From: Priapulus caudatus
Taxonomy: Eukaryota
Assembly: GCF_000485595.1 (NCBI RefSeq)
Contig: NW_014577065.1
Coordinates: 433,780-497,779 of the forward strand
Direction: 5' to 3'
Length of the DNA stretch: 64,000 bases
Shown here piece after piece: positions 25,301-40,300 of the stretch. The notes below the pieces were generated by a model that saw nothing but the letters and a program-made list of their open reading frames with translations, had not been told where the DNA came from and did not search any database. Within the stretch, counting starts at the first letter, position 1, and every line of letters starts with the position of its first letter. Position numbers and translations under genes: made by a program.

Positions 25301-28300
25301 CTTAGTTGCGTACGTGCTCCTGAACCTCTTTCACGGACTTCCGTAGATATCAATACAGCAGGGTTATCTTGACCAATAAGTAGGTGAACCTCCTTAGTGT
25401 TTATGTCTGGTATATTAATGTCCTGCAAATGTGGCCACCTGTCGAGGTCTGCTCTTGTCACAAGGTTGTCACTGCTGATGTGGAGCTTGGGCCTAGTGAG
25501 AACATGCGACATGGATATGAGATTTTCATTCTCCAAGTCTGCCACTTCAAGACTTACTACATGGGTGTCAGGGAAAACGTCCTTGTTGTCTAGGGTTGTA
25601 AGCGTTATTGTATTATGTCGCCCAGGTACTCCTAGTCTCTTCACCAGCTCCTCTGAACAGAAGCTCTGAGTGGATCCTGAGTCAAGCAGGGCATATGTCG
25701 TCATAAAACCGATGGCTCCATATCCTCGAACCTTAACTGGCACAATAGGGAGAGCCACCTTACCCACGTCGGCCTCAGAGCGACTACATGTTGCATTTGT
25801 TGAGGTGCTCGCTGTGGGTGTTCGAAGGTTGGCAAGTGTCTGAAATTGTCTGTCACTCTCATTGTTGCTGATCGATGTCGTTCCTTGGTATTGTTGAAGC
25901 CATTACCACATTGTCTCTTGGACGTGGAAGATGCAGAAATTTCGTATGCTTCTGTCCACAGCCAGGCACGCCGCACAGTGCACACTGAATTCATTCCGGG
26001 AGCACTCAGCAGATCGGTGTCCAGAGCACAGACAATTTACGCAAAGATGTTTACTTTGCACAAAATCTAGCCGTTCGCCGGGTCTCAGTGACTTGAAGCC
26101 ATTGCAGCCAAACAACGAGTGACGGCCGCCACAATAGTGACGTGGGTTTCAGTCGCCATGGGGTTCATGGCACTGTCTGCGCTTGACGGGTGACAAACTT
26201 AGTGGCAGATTGATCTACCTGAATGTTAAAGGTAGAACGCTGCTTCCCCTTCTTGTTATTTGACGTGTCCTTGTGCTGTTGCTTGTCCCTTTCCTGCATG
26301 AGCTTGCCGAAGACTGGGTCATTCGCTTGGTCTGCTGCTGCGTCGACGTACTCAACCATATCATCGATGTTAGGGACTCACTCATCTTTTGTCCTAATAT
26401 GGTAAGCTTTCTTTGCCCAACATTGGCGCAAGTCCATTGGTAGTTTCTCAGCTATCTGAAGAAGACTCCTGCTGTTGTTCAGCTCACCGGGATTCCCCAT
26501 GGTGGATAACGTCTTTCTGCAAATGCGCAGGTCATCAGCATAGTCCCGCAAAGCCTTACTGCCATTTACATCAGGACAACGATTGATCTTCTCTATCCAA
26601 GCTTCTGATATGTGATAAGAGCTTCCAAATCGGCTCTTGAGGAGACTCCTCGCATGAGCATATCCTTCGGCAGGTTCCATCACACTACAGCACTGTATTC
26701 GCTTCCTTGCGGGCCCTGTACAGTAGTGCAACAGTCGGGCAAGTTTCGCTTCACTGCTTATGGTATCTTTGTCCACAATGTTCTCAAAGGCACGGATGAA
26801 ACCCCAGTACTTGAGAGGATCACCATCGAATGACATCATTTCGGTTTTTGGTAGCTGTAGAGCTTCTACTAAAGATTGCTGTTGTGCCCTAGTGTCATTA
26901 AGCATCTGAACGAGAATGTTTCCTATTCCTTGTTGACCTGTAGAGTCCAGTTTGCTGGTTTGTGTCGGTCGGTGATCTGCCCTCATTGCTGTGGGTTGTC
27001 TTACGTTTAAATTGGGTTGAATAATTCGTTGTGCCTCAGTGGAGTGCCCTACGTTGGCTATCGGACGCGTCCAGTGTAAGACATGTGTACGTGGTACCAA
27101 TATCCGACCTTCCACGTAGAGTTCCCTCAGCCTCCGAGTTTGTTCGCTCATGAGCCTCAGCCTTTGCTATGCTCTCCTGAAGATTGAGTTCTCTGCGACG
27201 CTGTTTCAATTCCAGCTCTTCTCTTTCAAGTGATCGTCGAGTTGCAAGCGAGGCTGCTTCTACTTCTAGAGCAGCCCTCTCAGCCGATGCCTTGAGGCGT
27301 TCGCTCATAACAGAGCTGGTTCTTGAAGCATTCGACGAGTAACTTTTTGCCTTGGAATGTAGTGTACGACGACTGACATTGCTGGCAGAGTCGTCAGGGC
27401 GAATTTCATCTTGTGCAGATTGCACCTCAGCCACCCAATTCTCAACCCGTTTCCGCATTTGAGCAACTTCGTCGATCACTGAATCGATTACTGAATTCTG
27501 CACGTCAGCCTCATCGGTGAGCAGTGCATGATATTCGGCTTGCCGTTGCATGTACATCGACAATTCTTCGTCCAAATGTAGAATCTTTACTTGCACTTTG
27601 TTCAAATTCTGCGTGATACTCATCAAATCACGGATGTCGTTTAATACTCTCGTTAGCATTGCCTTAGCTCGCCCGCACGTTGATCCCATTTTCTTCAGAA
27701 CGTTCTCGTCGTGACGAGCCGAGTTCTGTCCACCACTTGCCATTCTGAATGTCTTATTGAGACGTACGGCGATTTAAAACTATGTAACCGTCCGGCTACA
27801 TTGTCTGACGTTGAGTTTTGTCGATTTAAAACTGTTTCAGCGTGAAATACGCACACATAGTCTTATTTACATTTGTTTGTTCTCTACTGTACATGGTTGT
27901 GGTTGTGTGGTTTTAACTGAAATTACAAAGAAAAATATGCAAGCGTTAAACATTATGCTATAACAAGTGTTACATGCGTAACAAACAAACCGTTATAGTA
28001 ATTTACCACAAACTAGAGTATTAACTATTATATGTGTTACTTACATCGCTGAGATGTCTGGGTGTCTATGGAAATGTCGTTGTCTTAATAAAGAACGTGT
28101 CGCGCACACTGATACGTGATTTGTGGCTGTCGCGTGTACCTGCCTGGCTGGCTTCTGGGAAGTGATTAACGCGCATGCTTGTAAGCCTCTCGCTACGCGT
28201 CTTTTCAACAAACTACACTATTTAGTGGCAGCACCATGATACAGTCGCAATGAATTTATAATAAACCAAATTCGGCAGTAACATATACGATATGTCATTA

Positions 28301-31300
28301 TTTTATTTATTTAATTAGGCCCTAGCGGCTAGCCTAGGGTCTAGGCGGGGGAGTAGGCCATGGCTACTGCGACTGGCTAGGCCGGGTTGATATCTTACTC
28401 GTACTACTAGTACTAGCTAAGCCTGCTGCCTAGCCTTAACTTTAGTCAGTTTAGGCTTAAGTAAGCCCTACTTATAGCTACTAAAGTAAAGGCTAATGTA
28501 AAGACTAAGTCTAGCTAAGTCACTAAGTGACATGAGCTCCTCATCGACATCGACGGAGATGGTCAATCCTAGTTTGGGACCTCGCAATACGCAAATGACG
28601 ACGTACAAAGCACTTGACTCTGACAGCTCTAGTTTCTAGAGTCTAGACTAACCAGCCAACAATCTCTAATGGCACCGGCACTATAGTACTCATAGTGACT
28701 ATAGTACTAGTAGTGGGACTGCTGGCACTACTGCCTGTGATTTAGTAGTGTGTGGTAGCTGTACTGCTCGTGAATAATCAAAAGAAAAATTGCCCTCACC
28801 CTTTCTGGGGACGTAATTCTGTATTGTTCTCCCCCTCCTTACCCCTTCTCCACATCTTTGTATTCCCCCATCAAACTTCTCCCCTTTCCTTTACCTATAT
28901 ACCCCACGCCTCTCGCTTTCTCCTCCATTTTCTTAGCTCTACGTCATAACCCATCTGCCACATCCCTCCACCTCCTTCCCAATTCTTTACATGATATGTC
29001 TTCGTCTTCAGCTACTCTGCTCCAATTTCTCCTTTCCCATTCTCCAACTTATCTGTCTTTCCCATCTCTCATCTTCGAACTCATCAACCTTCTCTCCTTC
29101 CTCTCCATGTACATATCCTTACCCGTTTCCATTCATTCCTGCCATCTCTTCCCTCCTTACATCGTCTCCACCTCTACCACCCATCCTCTCTTTACCTTAA
29201 TTGTTTCTCCCCCATCACATCTCCACCCTTTCTCCTTGCCGTCTCCATAAGATGTGTCAATAATCTTATACACAGGACTGAAATACACTACTTGAAGCCA
29301 CATGAGCCAGTTATATTAAGTGGCCATGACACATCATATTTACTGTGTGAGTCAATAATATTCCATACGTGGATGAACGATGTGGTAATCTTCAAGCTAT
29401 ATTCATGAATGGAAACCTATGGAGCATAATTGCCTGTGTCAATTGACTGTAGTTTTGTATAACATTCATTGTGCATATATCGTATTTTATTGTTTTACAG
29501 GATATCAGAAACTTTTTTGGTGGGCAAACGTCCACACGGACAAAATTGACTGAATCCCAGAAGCCAATATCAGTGCGAGACGAGACGAGGAAAAGATCTA
29601 GCAAAAGAAAACAGGTACTTAATTGTTGCTATATGTCCTTAGCACAGGTATCTTTGTTGTTTGTAATCACTATACACCCTGCCTAGCATAGTTATGTATC
29701 CCAGCAACCCATGCAATTATCATATGAGATTTAATGCAAAATGGTTTTACAAACAAGAAGAAAGTGTCTATCTTGAAATTTGGAATTGCAGTCTTTTAGA
29801 CCATTACTTTTTCTGTCAAATTTACATGAATATAATGTATTGTAGGCTTCTAAGCACATTGTCACATTTTGTGCTTGGTCACACTTTCATATGCTTCTGC
29901 TTATTTAGAAGCCCTACACATCCATTACTGCTTAGGTTGTATTGCTGTATCCTGCTGTTATTACATCTTATAGCCACTCGTGTGTTCTCTCTAATATACA
30001 CCCCTTTTCCTAAATACAGGCTGTACATGTTGTATGGTGCGAGATCCTTGCCAGCTTTTAATGTAACTTGATATTTTGTGCTTGAGGTGGAGAGCTCAGA
30101 CGAAGACATTAAAAAGAAGTCAAGATCAAAGAAGAGGGTAATTATAGAGTCTGGTACGTTAACAATCATGTTGGAATTCATTATATAATTAATGAACAAG
30201 CACACAATAAATTCGTATATTATAACATTTCCACAGAATATCTACAAATCAGATATGGCAATGAATTTGGTGCTTTATACACACCTATGTATTGATTATT
30301 CTCTAAAAGTTGCATGACTGTAAAATCAAATGCTAGTTTTTTGTGAATAAGAATTATCTGGGATGTTTGCCGTGATGTGACTAATGTAGCAAGCTGTGTG
30401 TATATATATATATATCTTATAGAATCAGATGACGAAGACCCATTGCCCAAGAAGAATGTGAAACGCTTAACCAGGAAAACCAAAAAACAGCAAGTTGTGA
30501 TTGTATCTGACACGGGTATGGAAAAATATTTTTGTTTTGCTTATTTACACAAGTTTTTGCCAATATATATATATATATATATTTGTTATACGGCAGCAAA
30601 TCATAAGGCATTGTAATTAGTGCAAAGCATTCCATTATCATATGTCATGAAATAAAAACCAGCAGTATCTGTGAGTTGTCCAGTGAGTGGTGATCCCGAC
30701 TGATGTAAATTATGCGGTCTTATTAGAAGTGTATCGATACACCAGGGTCACGGTATGGTACACTGACAGAAAGAGAGATATTGTAATTTTTATAATTTGT
30801 ATGCTATGATAAATTTGTCATATCGTGGTGATGTAGTATAATTGTTAACTCTTCAAGTGAAAGTTACATTTCTGTTTTTTTCGTAAAAATTAATTTGTTA
30901 ACTTTTTCGCCAGTAAGGGCGGGCTTCTGGCCTGTTACAATATTGCCAGCAGTTAAAAAAAACATGTTCACTGGGCACAGATGTGGCTGGAATAGAGAGG
31001 TAGTTTTTCATGAGGCGTGAAAGAAGTGGATAGGTATGGGGGGCCAACGATAAAAATATTATTTAGCACATTGTTTAGAGTATAAAGTCATTATTTACTT
31101 TGTTTGTTGTTTGTTTTTTGTTTGTTTGTTTGTTTGTTGTTTGTTTGTTTGTTTGCTTGTTTGTTTGTTTCTCCCACCACCAATCGAGTAGATTTCTTTT
31201 GGGTGGAATCATTGTTGGTACCATTTAAATATGATACTGGATGCTCATAATATTTCCATAATTGAGATTTGTTCAACGATGGCGTGTTTGCTAGTTCAAG

Positions 31301-34300
31301 CTTGATCGCTAAATTGTAAACACTGGCAACTCCCACCACGACCACCACCACCAGTGGCCCCATGATGTATAGCAAAATAATGATTGTTTCATTGGAGGTG
31401 GACAGTATCAGGTCTCATATGTGGAATTGTACTTCTTCTCCCTGGCAGCATGTCAGAACACTCATGTAACAAAAAACTGGTTGTAAGAGAAACATGGAGC
31501 TTTGTGAACTAATAAATAAATGTTGCCTGAGACTGGAAGTCAAAGGTGACATAGATTCTTTATTCTTTGACATAGATCCTTCTTGCCCGGGCAACCAGGT
31601 AAAAATTACATAATATTATAGGTTCAGATGATGAAGATCCATTGCCTAAAAAGCCCACCTCAAACACAAGACAGTCAAGCAAGAATACCAGAAGCAAACC
31701 AGCTGTGCTTGCATCTGGCTCAGGTAACAAAACTTATTTTAATAGCAGTTTAGTAGCAAATTGACACTGTGGTCCTGCAGCACTTGTTCAGTATAGAATA
31801 TACATTATGTGCCTACGTACATGTCTACTTGTAGTAGCATTACAAATCTATGCATAGTGCTGCTGTGCACCAGTTGGGTACCATTTAAAATTGCACTGAT
31901 GATCTATATATTCCTTGTTTATGTGTGTAGATGATGATGAGGAATTTGAATCAACAAAGAAATCCAGAAGTAGGTGGAAATCGCCACGTAAATCTCCAAT
32001 CAAAGGTCAGGGTACGATAGATCAGTTTGTCTCTCCTAAGAAGAAAGATGTCGCCAAGAAAAAGCAGAAAACTCCGGCCAAGTCGAAACCTATCTCTGTC
32101 GCTGATTTCTTTGGTGCAGCATCTGTGACAAGGTCAAGTAAACCTGTAGTGGCAGCAAAGAAAAAAGAGGTGCATAGTTTTTTATGTACTTTACATTTTA
32201 CTATTTGCCATCAATTAAGGTTAAACAAACTTAAAATCACATTGATTTTCTGGCTAGTGCAAGTACATGTTTTGGTGTGAAATGGAATGTTACATAATGA
32301 AGTGTGCATGTTTCTGTTATGGATTACAGTCTAAAGTTGACATGAAGAAAAATGACGGCTCACATCATAATGTTGATGAATTAGAGATCCATGATGATAG
32401 TGACTTTGAGGAAACTTTAATTGTAATTGACTCCGACGCAAAGAAACCAAAAAAGGTATTTTTTGCAGTTGTTTTTAGTTCAGTTTTCTTTATATAGAGT
32501 ATATAGGCTATAATACATAATAAGTTAAACTTATGGTCATGCATGATCATCTAAATCATACATCATATTAACAATGCTCTTTCACCAGTTCAATGATCTA
32601 GTATTTTTAGCTCATCTGATATAGTGAGACGAAGCTTTTACAGGGTTTCTTCAGACATTTATAACATGTTTCGACATGACTTCAAAGCTGATGCTAATTT
32701 CAGACATTGGCTATGAACTTGCCTAATTAAAATGGTTTTATTTCCAGCTGTGCATTGTTTACTTTTGAAAATCTGAACACAGTTGTGGTGTGTTTTCAGT
32801 TTGATTGACATGTCTCGATACAAACTGAGCGAGTTTAACTGTGTATTATGACGGCTTGTGACATGCATAATTGATGCCAATTGTATTGGTAATCCATCCA
32901 TAAATGACATGTCTTTTCAAATTCCTAGAGAGCACGATGTAGTCTGATGAATCTGCTACACATGTATTACAAGCCAGTATATGCTGCCATGTAAAAAGTC
33001 AATATAACTAATAGGCAAACAGGCGCATTCATAGCATTTATAATGGGGGGGGGGGGGGTAAATATTAGCACTTGTAAAATTGTGATGTATTCTGTAGGTA
33101 TCCTGTTTTTTGGATATTTTAGTATAGTATAGCTCAGTTTAGTTTAGATTGTGATCTTCTTCGCCTTTGACATCTATGGATTGTATATACTATGATCACC
33201 ATATTGTTAGTGATTATTTATGTAATTGGGGATCTTATTGCAGCCCCAAGTAGAGCAGTATGTGAGGTCACGAGTCAGTCCACGCAAGGATATATCGACG
33301 ACTTCTACAGGTACTGGTATTGCAGTGGATGATGTCCAGAACAAGGCAGAATCACTACCTAAACCGGTACAAACACTATCCAAAACTCCTGTAAATGGAG
33401 ACAGAAGGCATGATGTGTTGCCCTTGAAGATTCCACTAATAAAAACTGTCAAGGATGAAGGTACATCTCAACAGAAAATTAGCCCAAGGAAAAGGACAAC
33501 GGATGAGAGGTCAAAGTCACCTCCTCCAAAGCAGGCCATGGAGGAGCAGTCAATGTCACCAACTTCTCGGAGAATTAGCCCAAGGAAACAGGCAATTAGT
33601 GCACAGTCTGACTCGCCTGTTCATCATCGGAGAATCAGCCCAAGGAAACAAACAGCAGATGAACGATCAAGGTCACCGACTCCTGTCACTGATGCCACAA
33701 AGTTAGCGAAAAAGCAAAGTAAGGATGTGTAAGGTGGATCTGACTTTGGTGTTTTACATTTGCCAGTATAACTCCTGTACCATCAATATGTGACATTAGT
33801 TACTTAGCAGACACAGCATTATTAACATTACTTACTGATTCTGATTTATTTTCGTCTTTCTTTTGCTTTTGTATTTAAGTAGTGTTTGAGCTATATAACG
33901 ATGAATGCCAAATTAAACTAGAACATGTAGAATCAAAATTGAGCAGAACAGGTGATGGGACACGTTTTGTGCTCATTGTATCCCCCGCGATGAAGTGGGC
34001 GGGGATACTATGGTTTCATGTCTCCCCAGCTGCCGCCGCCGCCGCAGACAATTTCCCTTCTGCTCTATAACTCGACCCCTAATTGACCTAGCGCTACCAA
34101 ACTTGGTAGACTTACACATCTTGGGGAGAAGGTGAGCAGCGTACCAAAACCAGGTCACTGCGACCTTTATTTGACCTTTTCCATGACCTTGATCATATTT
34201 CCCTTCCGCTCTCTAACTCGGGCCCTAATTGACCTAGCGCTACCAAACTTGGTATACTTACACATTTGGGAGAAGGTGCTGCAGAGTACCAAAACCACAT

Positions 34301-37300
34301 CACTACGACCTTTATTTGACCTTTACCCTGACCTTGATCATATTTCCCTTCCGCTCTATAACTCGGCCCCTAATTGACCTAGCGCAACCAAACTTGGTAT
34401 ACTTACACATCTTGGGGAGAAGGTGTGTCGCGTACCAAAAACAGGTCACTACAACCTTTATTTGACCTTTACCTTGACCTTGATTATATTTTCCTTCCGC
34501 TCTATAAATCGGCCCCTAATTGACCTAGCGCTACCAAACGTGGTATACTTACACATCTTGGGGAGAATGTGTGTTGCATACCAAAACAAGGTCACTGCGG
34601 CTTTTATATGACCTTGACCTTGATCATATTTCCCTTCCACTCTATAACTCGGCCCCTAATTGACCTAGCGCGACCAAACTTGGTATACATACACGTCTTG
34701 GGGAGAAGGTGTGTCGCGTACCGAAACCAGGTCACTGCAACCTTTATTTGACATTGACCTTGACCTTGACCTTTATCATATTTCCTTTCCGCTCTATAAC
34801 TCGGCCCCTAATTGACCTAGCGTGACCAAACTTCGTATACTTACACATCTTAGGGAGAACACGTATCTTGGGGGCATACATGTAGTTGGCGACAACTGCC
34901 CTTTCTAGTTAGTTAGTAGGTATCTTATTCTAGTGCACAAAAACAATTTTTGACTCAAAAATGACGAGCAATGTTCTTCCTGTTAGGCTTGATATATTGT
35001 AATTACCAGTATCCAATTAAATGTTTCCCAAAAATTCTTCTTGTAATTTTAATGGGGGAAAAACGTGTTTTTTTCAGTATCCTCATAAAACGTACAAGTT
35101 AAAATATGAATGATTCATAATACTATATGAAATGCTCTTATTGATTTTGACTTCTCTCTGTTTAGGTATAGCTGGTAAGCTAGCACACAAGGCACGGGTA
35201 AATACTAAGGAAGCAATAGGCCGTAACGCTCCAGAAAAGAAAATAGATGTCACAGCAAAGCCTTCTACTCCTGTGAAAGTCCTTGTAGAAGACACCCCGC
35301 CAAAATGTAAGGTGCATTCTATAGCACTTGCATTAAAGAGGTTAAGAATAGCAAGCCTTTGTGCATGTGTATATAGAAATAATTATTATAGAACATGATG
35401 ATCATTCAGTGTTCAGAGATAAGTGGGCTGTATATTAAGTAGCTAAGTTGTGTGGTATCTAGTAACATAACATAATTATAACATATAATTAAGTGCTCAT
35501 ATTTTACAGTGTCTAATATTAATCTATTTGGTAAGCTGTTTAGTTTCCTTAGTGTGTGGTGTATACTATGGTCTTTCCCATTTTCCAAATGAATCCTATG
35601 TCTAAAATAGCGATAAATATAATAAATTAACAATTAACATATTGGATAAAACTTATAATGTGTAACTTGTAGGCTGTTTTATTAGCTCTTGATTATATAT
35701 TTATATATTGAATTAATATTGTATGAGTTTAGTATTGTCTCCTCGCATAACTATTGTGGAACTATGTATAGTACTACATGCATTTTACATTGTCTCTTCC
35801 AGCAGCAGAGACATCTGGAGTTAAGCCGTCAAATGAGCCTGGCGAGAATAAGACCCCATCTGGTTACAAGGCATATCTAAAGCGAGAAGGTCCAAAACAT
35901 CTTGGTGCCAAAGAACTGCCAATGGTATAATGTAATCATCCTATGTGTGTGCAATGGGGCAATTAGTTCATTATCTCACAAGTTTACAATGTAATATTGT
36001 AAACAACTTGTATTGTAGATAACTGATTATCTTGTGTCTATAAAAAAAATGTTGTCCATAGAATAATAGAAAAATAATTCGAGGTAATTCCTCTCTAGTT
36101 GGTCTTCATAGTAGCAAATTAGGACGTGTGCAATAGCCGGCTACATTTGACGCTATAGAGACATGTAACACTAAACACTGGGTGTGCAGGGTGGGGAGAA
36201 CTGCTTGGAAGGTCTCACGTTCGTCATCAGCGGTGTGTTGGATTCCTTGGAGCGCGATACAGCGAAGGAGCTGGTGGAACGACACGGTGGGAAAGTGACG
36301 ACCAGTGTTAGTGGCAGGACGAGCTACATCGTTCTCGGCGAAGAGCCAGGAGAGAGCAAGCTTGCTAAGGTATTCATTTTATCACTTGCTCACGTACGAT
36401 ACATACTTACTCATGTGATGCGGGATGTGGGAAAGCCACATAAGTAGTATAGAACCTGAGTGTGCATATGAATAGAGAAGAAGTTCTGAGAATGAGGCCA
36501 TCTTTTAAATCACTTATATAGCAGTGTAGTCCAGTGCATGGATTTAAGGAAAAGCTTCATTAAGCATGTGCGAGCATATGCAAGGTAGATTTAATTACAT
36601 CACACTTGATTAGTAGATGGAGAGGAGCATTGCCGAATTTATATGCATTTGCAGGCTCAGAAATGCGGCACAAAGCAGCTAGATGAGGATGGCTTGTTGG
36701 ACCTTATACGAACCTTGCCTGCTAAGCGTTCCAAGTATGAACATTCCCCATCGCCTAAACCCAAGGTTATTGTTCTGTGGTTATAACTTATAATATTACA
36801 TTCTATTTCTCTAAAGATAAAACATTGCTGCTTTGTAATGATTGAAAAAATGTAATAGCTATTTAATATTATTATGTGAACATTATTATAATAAAGTAAC
36901 TATGAAGAAAAAACACGATATATAAAAAAACATGATAGAAGTTTGTCATGTACAATAATGTTCATTTTCAGGTTGAAGTATCTAAACCATCTTCAAGGGC
37001 GATATTGCCTAATAAGTCGCAACAGTCTTCATCGCAGGAATGTCACAGCCAATCGCAGCCGAGTAGCAGTCAGTCAGCATCCAGCCTTCTGTGGGTAGAC
37101 AAGTACAAGCCCAAGAAACTGAGTGAAATTGTCGGTCAGTCAGGTGACAAAAGCAACGTGAAGAAACTCGTCAACTGGCTAAAAAACTGGCACAAGAATC
37201 ACTTGAGTGGAGCACCTAAAAAGGCAGCATGGGGTATACTGCATGATTGTACTGTAAATTTGTCATTGTGATTTATAGTTCATGAATGTTGCAATTATTA

Positions 37301-40300
37301 TCAGCCCCTCTCTTCTTTATAATAATAATAATAATAAATGTAGGTAGGGCATGATATTGAGATTTAATTTTTGTCGTCTTTTCATATCTGTCGAATACAC
37401 TATACTACTGTGACTATAGGTACTAATTGATATTTCAATCATATGTATGCTGAAGTATACATATAAATTTACATGTGTCCACTAAATGCAAATCTACGTT
37501 ACATTGAAAAAGCTGTCCTTTTAGGTCGATTTGGTGCTAGTGATGATGGTTCCAGCTTTAAAGCTGCACTTTTGTCAGGACCTCCTGGTGTTGGCAAAAC
37601 TACAGCTGCAACACTTATTTGTAAGGTAAGCATAACATGCGCATTAACGTAAAATGACAAATTTTGAAAATCCTTTGCTAGCTAATTATTTACATATAAA
37701 TTACCGGTTTCTTTGTAATTACTAATCGATTATTCTCAAAAACTGAAAAGAGTTCTTGCATGTTTAGGAACTAGGTTTTAACTATGTGGAACGCAATGCT
37801 TCGGATACACGCAGCAAAAAGCTACTGAAGGAAGTGGTGACACAAAGTGTTGACAACAACACGGTCACAGCATACTTTACTGGTATTGTATTTAATACTA
37901 ATCAAGTTATATTCTGTTAAAATGATTTGACTGTATGGGTATCTTCTGTAGCCTTTGCACGTCGAGGAGCTTTTTGGAATACTAGTGTTATGTTTTATTC
38001 ACTATATAGTAATTATTATATGATAGAATAAGCTATAACTTGTATTTGGTACATGTATATATTTGTTCCAAAAGGTGGTCCAAGTGACAAGAATGTTCTT
38101 ATCATGGATGAAGTCGATGGAATGGCTGGGAACGAAGACAGAGGTGGTTTAACTGTAAGCAGAATTCATACAATATATCAGCACTTCTGCTTTTACTCCT
38201 GATGATATCATATTGTAATGTGCTGGGCCTGAATTAGTTAATACATTGTCTAAGTGGCATGTAGAGCAGTTTTCACGAGCTGTGATAGTTAGTAAAGATT
38301 TTTATTCTGTTTCCACAGGAGCTGATTTCGCTAATCAAGTCTTCAAAAATACCAGTTATCTGTATCTGCAATGATCGACACAACATGAAGATGCGAAGCT
38401 TGGTGAACTACTGCTATGACCTAAGGTTCTACCGGCCTCGTGTCGAGCAGATTAAGGTACACGTTGCAGAGTGGAGGGCTAAAATCAAATCTATGTCTCT
38501 GGGTTCATTGTGTAGAACTTAGTAATTTGCTGTTTAAATATGTTTGATGAAAATGCTAAACAATTTAGGTAGGTGTGGTTTGAGATGTCAAACTAGTAAA
38601 GCAACTGTATCAATGGTATTTGTTCAACATTGTGCCACTGAGAACGTGGGAGATTGTTACAGGTGAGCATGCAGATGTGAATCTATTGTCATCATGGTAA
38701 CAGTGATTTGCCATTACCAGGGAGCACTGATGAGCATAGCATTCAAGGAAGGTGTCAAGATTTCTCCTCCAGCACTGGAGCAGATAATACAGGCTTCTAA
38801 CCAAGACATCAGACAGGTAGTACTGCAATGCTTTACCTGCCATTCTCTAGTATTGATTGTTATAATTATATCTGAATGTTTCTATGATATCTTAAATGTA
38901 CCAATGGGAGGGGTGATAAATTTGGGGTGATTTGCATATTAAAGTGTAGGGTATTGAGTCTGAGAATTTTTATTCATACACGCTTTCCAGGTTATTCACA
39001 ACTTGTCGATGTGGAGTGCTGCAGAAAAATCACTTACGTATGACCAGGTGAAGGTGGATTCTAGCAAGGCAAAGAAGGACATTAAACTGGTACCATGCAT
39101 GCATTATCTCACATTTCAGGTTATATTTGAAAATTTATGATCAGCGGTGAATCAGTATGTTACGCAGGACCTCGCCAGTCTCTCCTCCCAATTTCTTAAC
39201 CTCAATAGAATTTTATGCAAAAAAATTATGTCACTAACATGAATCATTGGTTATTTGTTTTGTTTTCAGCTAGTCATTATTTTTTTTATGTTTTCCACCC
39301 GGGTGATATCATCTTCAACGCTTTTTTTGGAAAATCCATATTTTGGTATTTTCACGAAGTTGCTAAATAAGAAGCTAGCGTATGAGTGAGAATTGTCCAT
39401 CGAGTCATTCCCCAAATTGTAGTTCAGCAGGATTGAATAGTATCATTTTGCATGAAAGAATTTACCACCATTGGCTAAATGCACCTTTGAAGTGACAGAT
39501 CAAGTCCATTACTTAGTATAACAATAAGCAATTAAATAAATTAACATTTAAATTTGAGTAGGGTTATAATTTCTAATTTTTTTGCACTGATGGGTGAGTT
39601 TACTTCTATGATCTTTTTTTAAAACAAATTTCAGGTTTACTGAGATTGTACAAGAAGAATTTATAAACTATTTTAGCTGCAAGTGTTTTTACTCGCATTG
39701 CCACGCATCTTCTGATGGAAGCTTCTGTTGTAGGGTCCATTTGATGTCTGCAGGAAGGTGTTCGTTGGTGGAGAGGAAACAGCTCATATGACTATAAACG
39801 ACAAGTCCGATTTGTTTTTCCACGACTACAGCATCGGCCCTCTTTTTGTACAGGAGAATTATCTACATGTGACGCCATATGAAGCAAAGCAAGTTGAATG
39901 AAATTTGATACCTTATCTGTTGTATTGATTGTTTGTTGTGGGGTATATAATGGGCTATATCAACTTGTGGTATTTGATAGATTGAACTACCTATTTAATA
40001 AGCGTGGTATAACTAAAACGATATATCCAATCCTCTGCAAAGTATTAGAAAGAAACAATGTAATGAAATAATGTAACAGCATTAGACACTAGTACACATG
40101 GTTTCTTAATAATTGTTACTATAATACTATACTATATAATACATACTGAACTGGCATCTTGATAGACAGATGTGCCATCTAAATGCAGGCTTGGTGATCA
40201 TCTGTAGGTACTATCATGGCCTACTACTCTAGTCAATTCACATCATACCATATTCATGGGTATTGCTGTATTGAGTAATGATCCTAGAAATTTAATATAT

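Noticed and set aside
28752..29250. Ser/Pro/Leu-rich ORFs
   Set aside because: Artefact of a pyrimidine-rich low-complexity tract.
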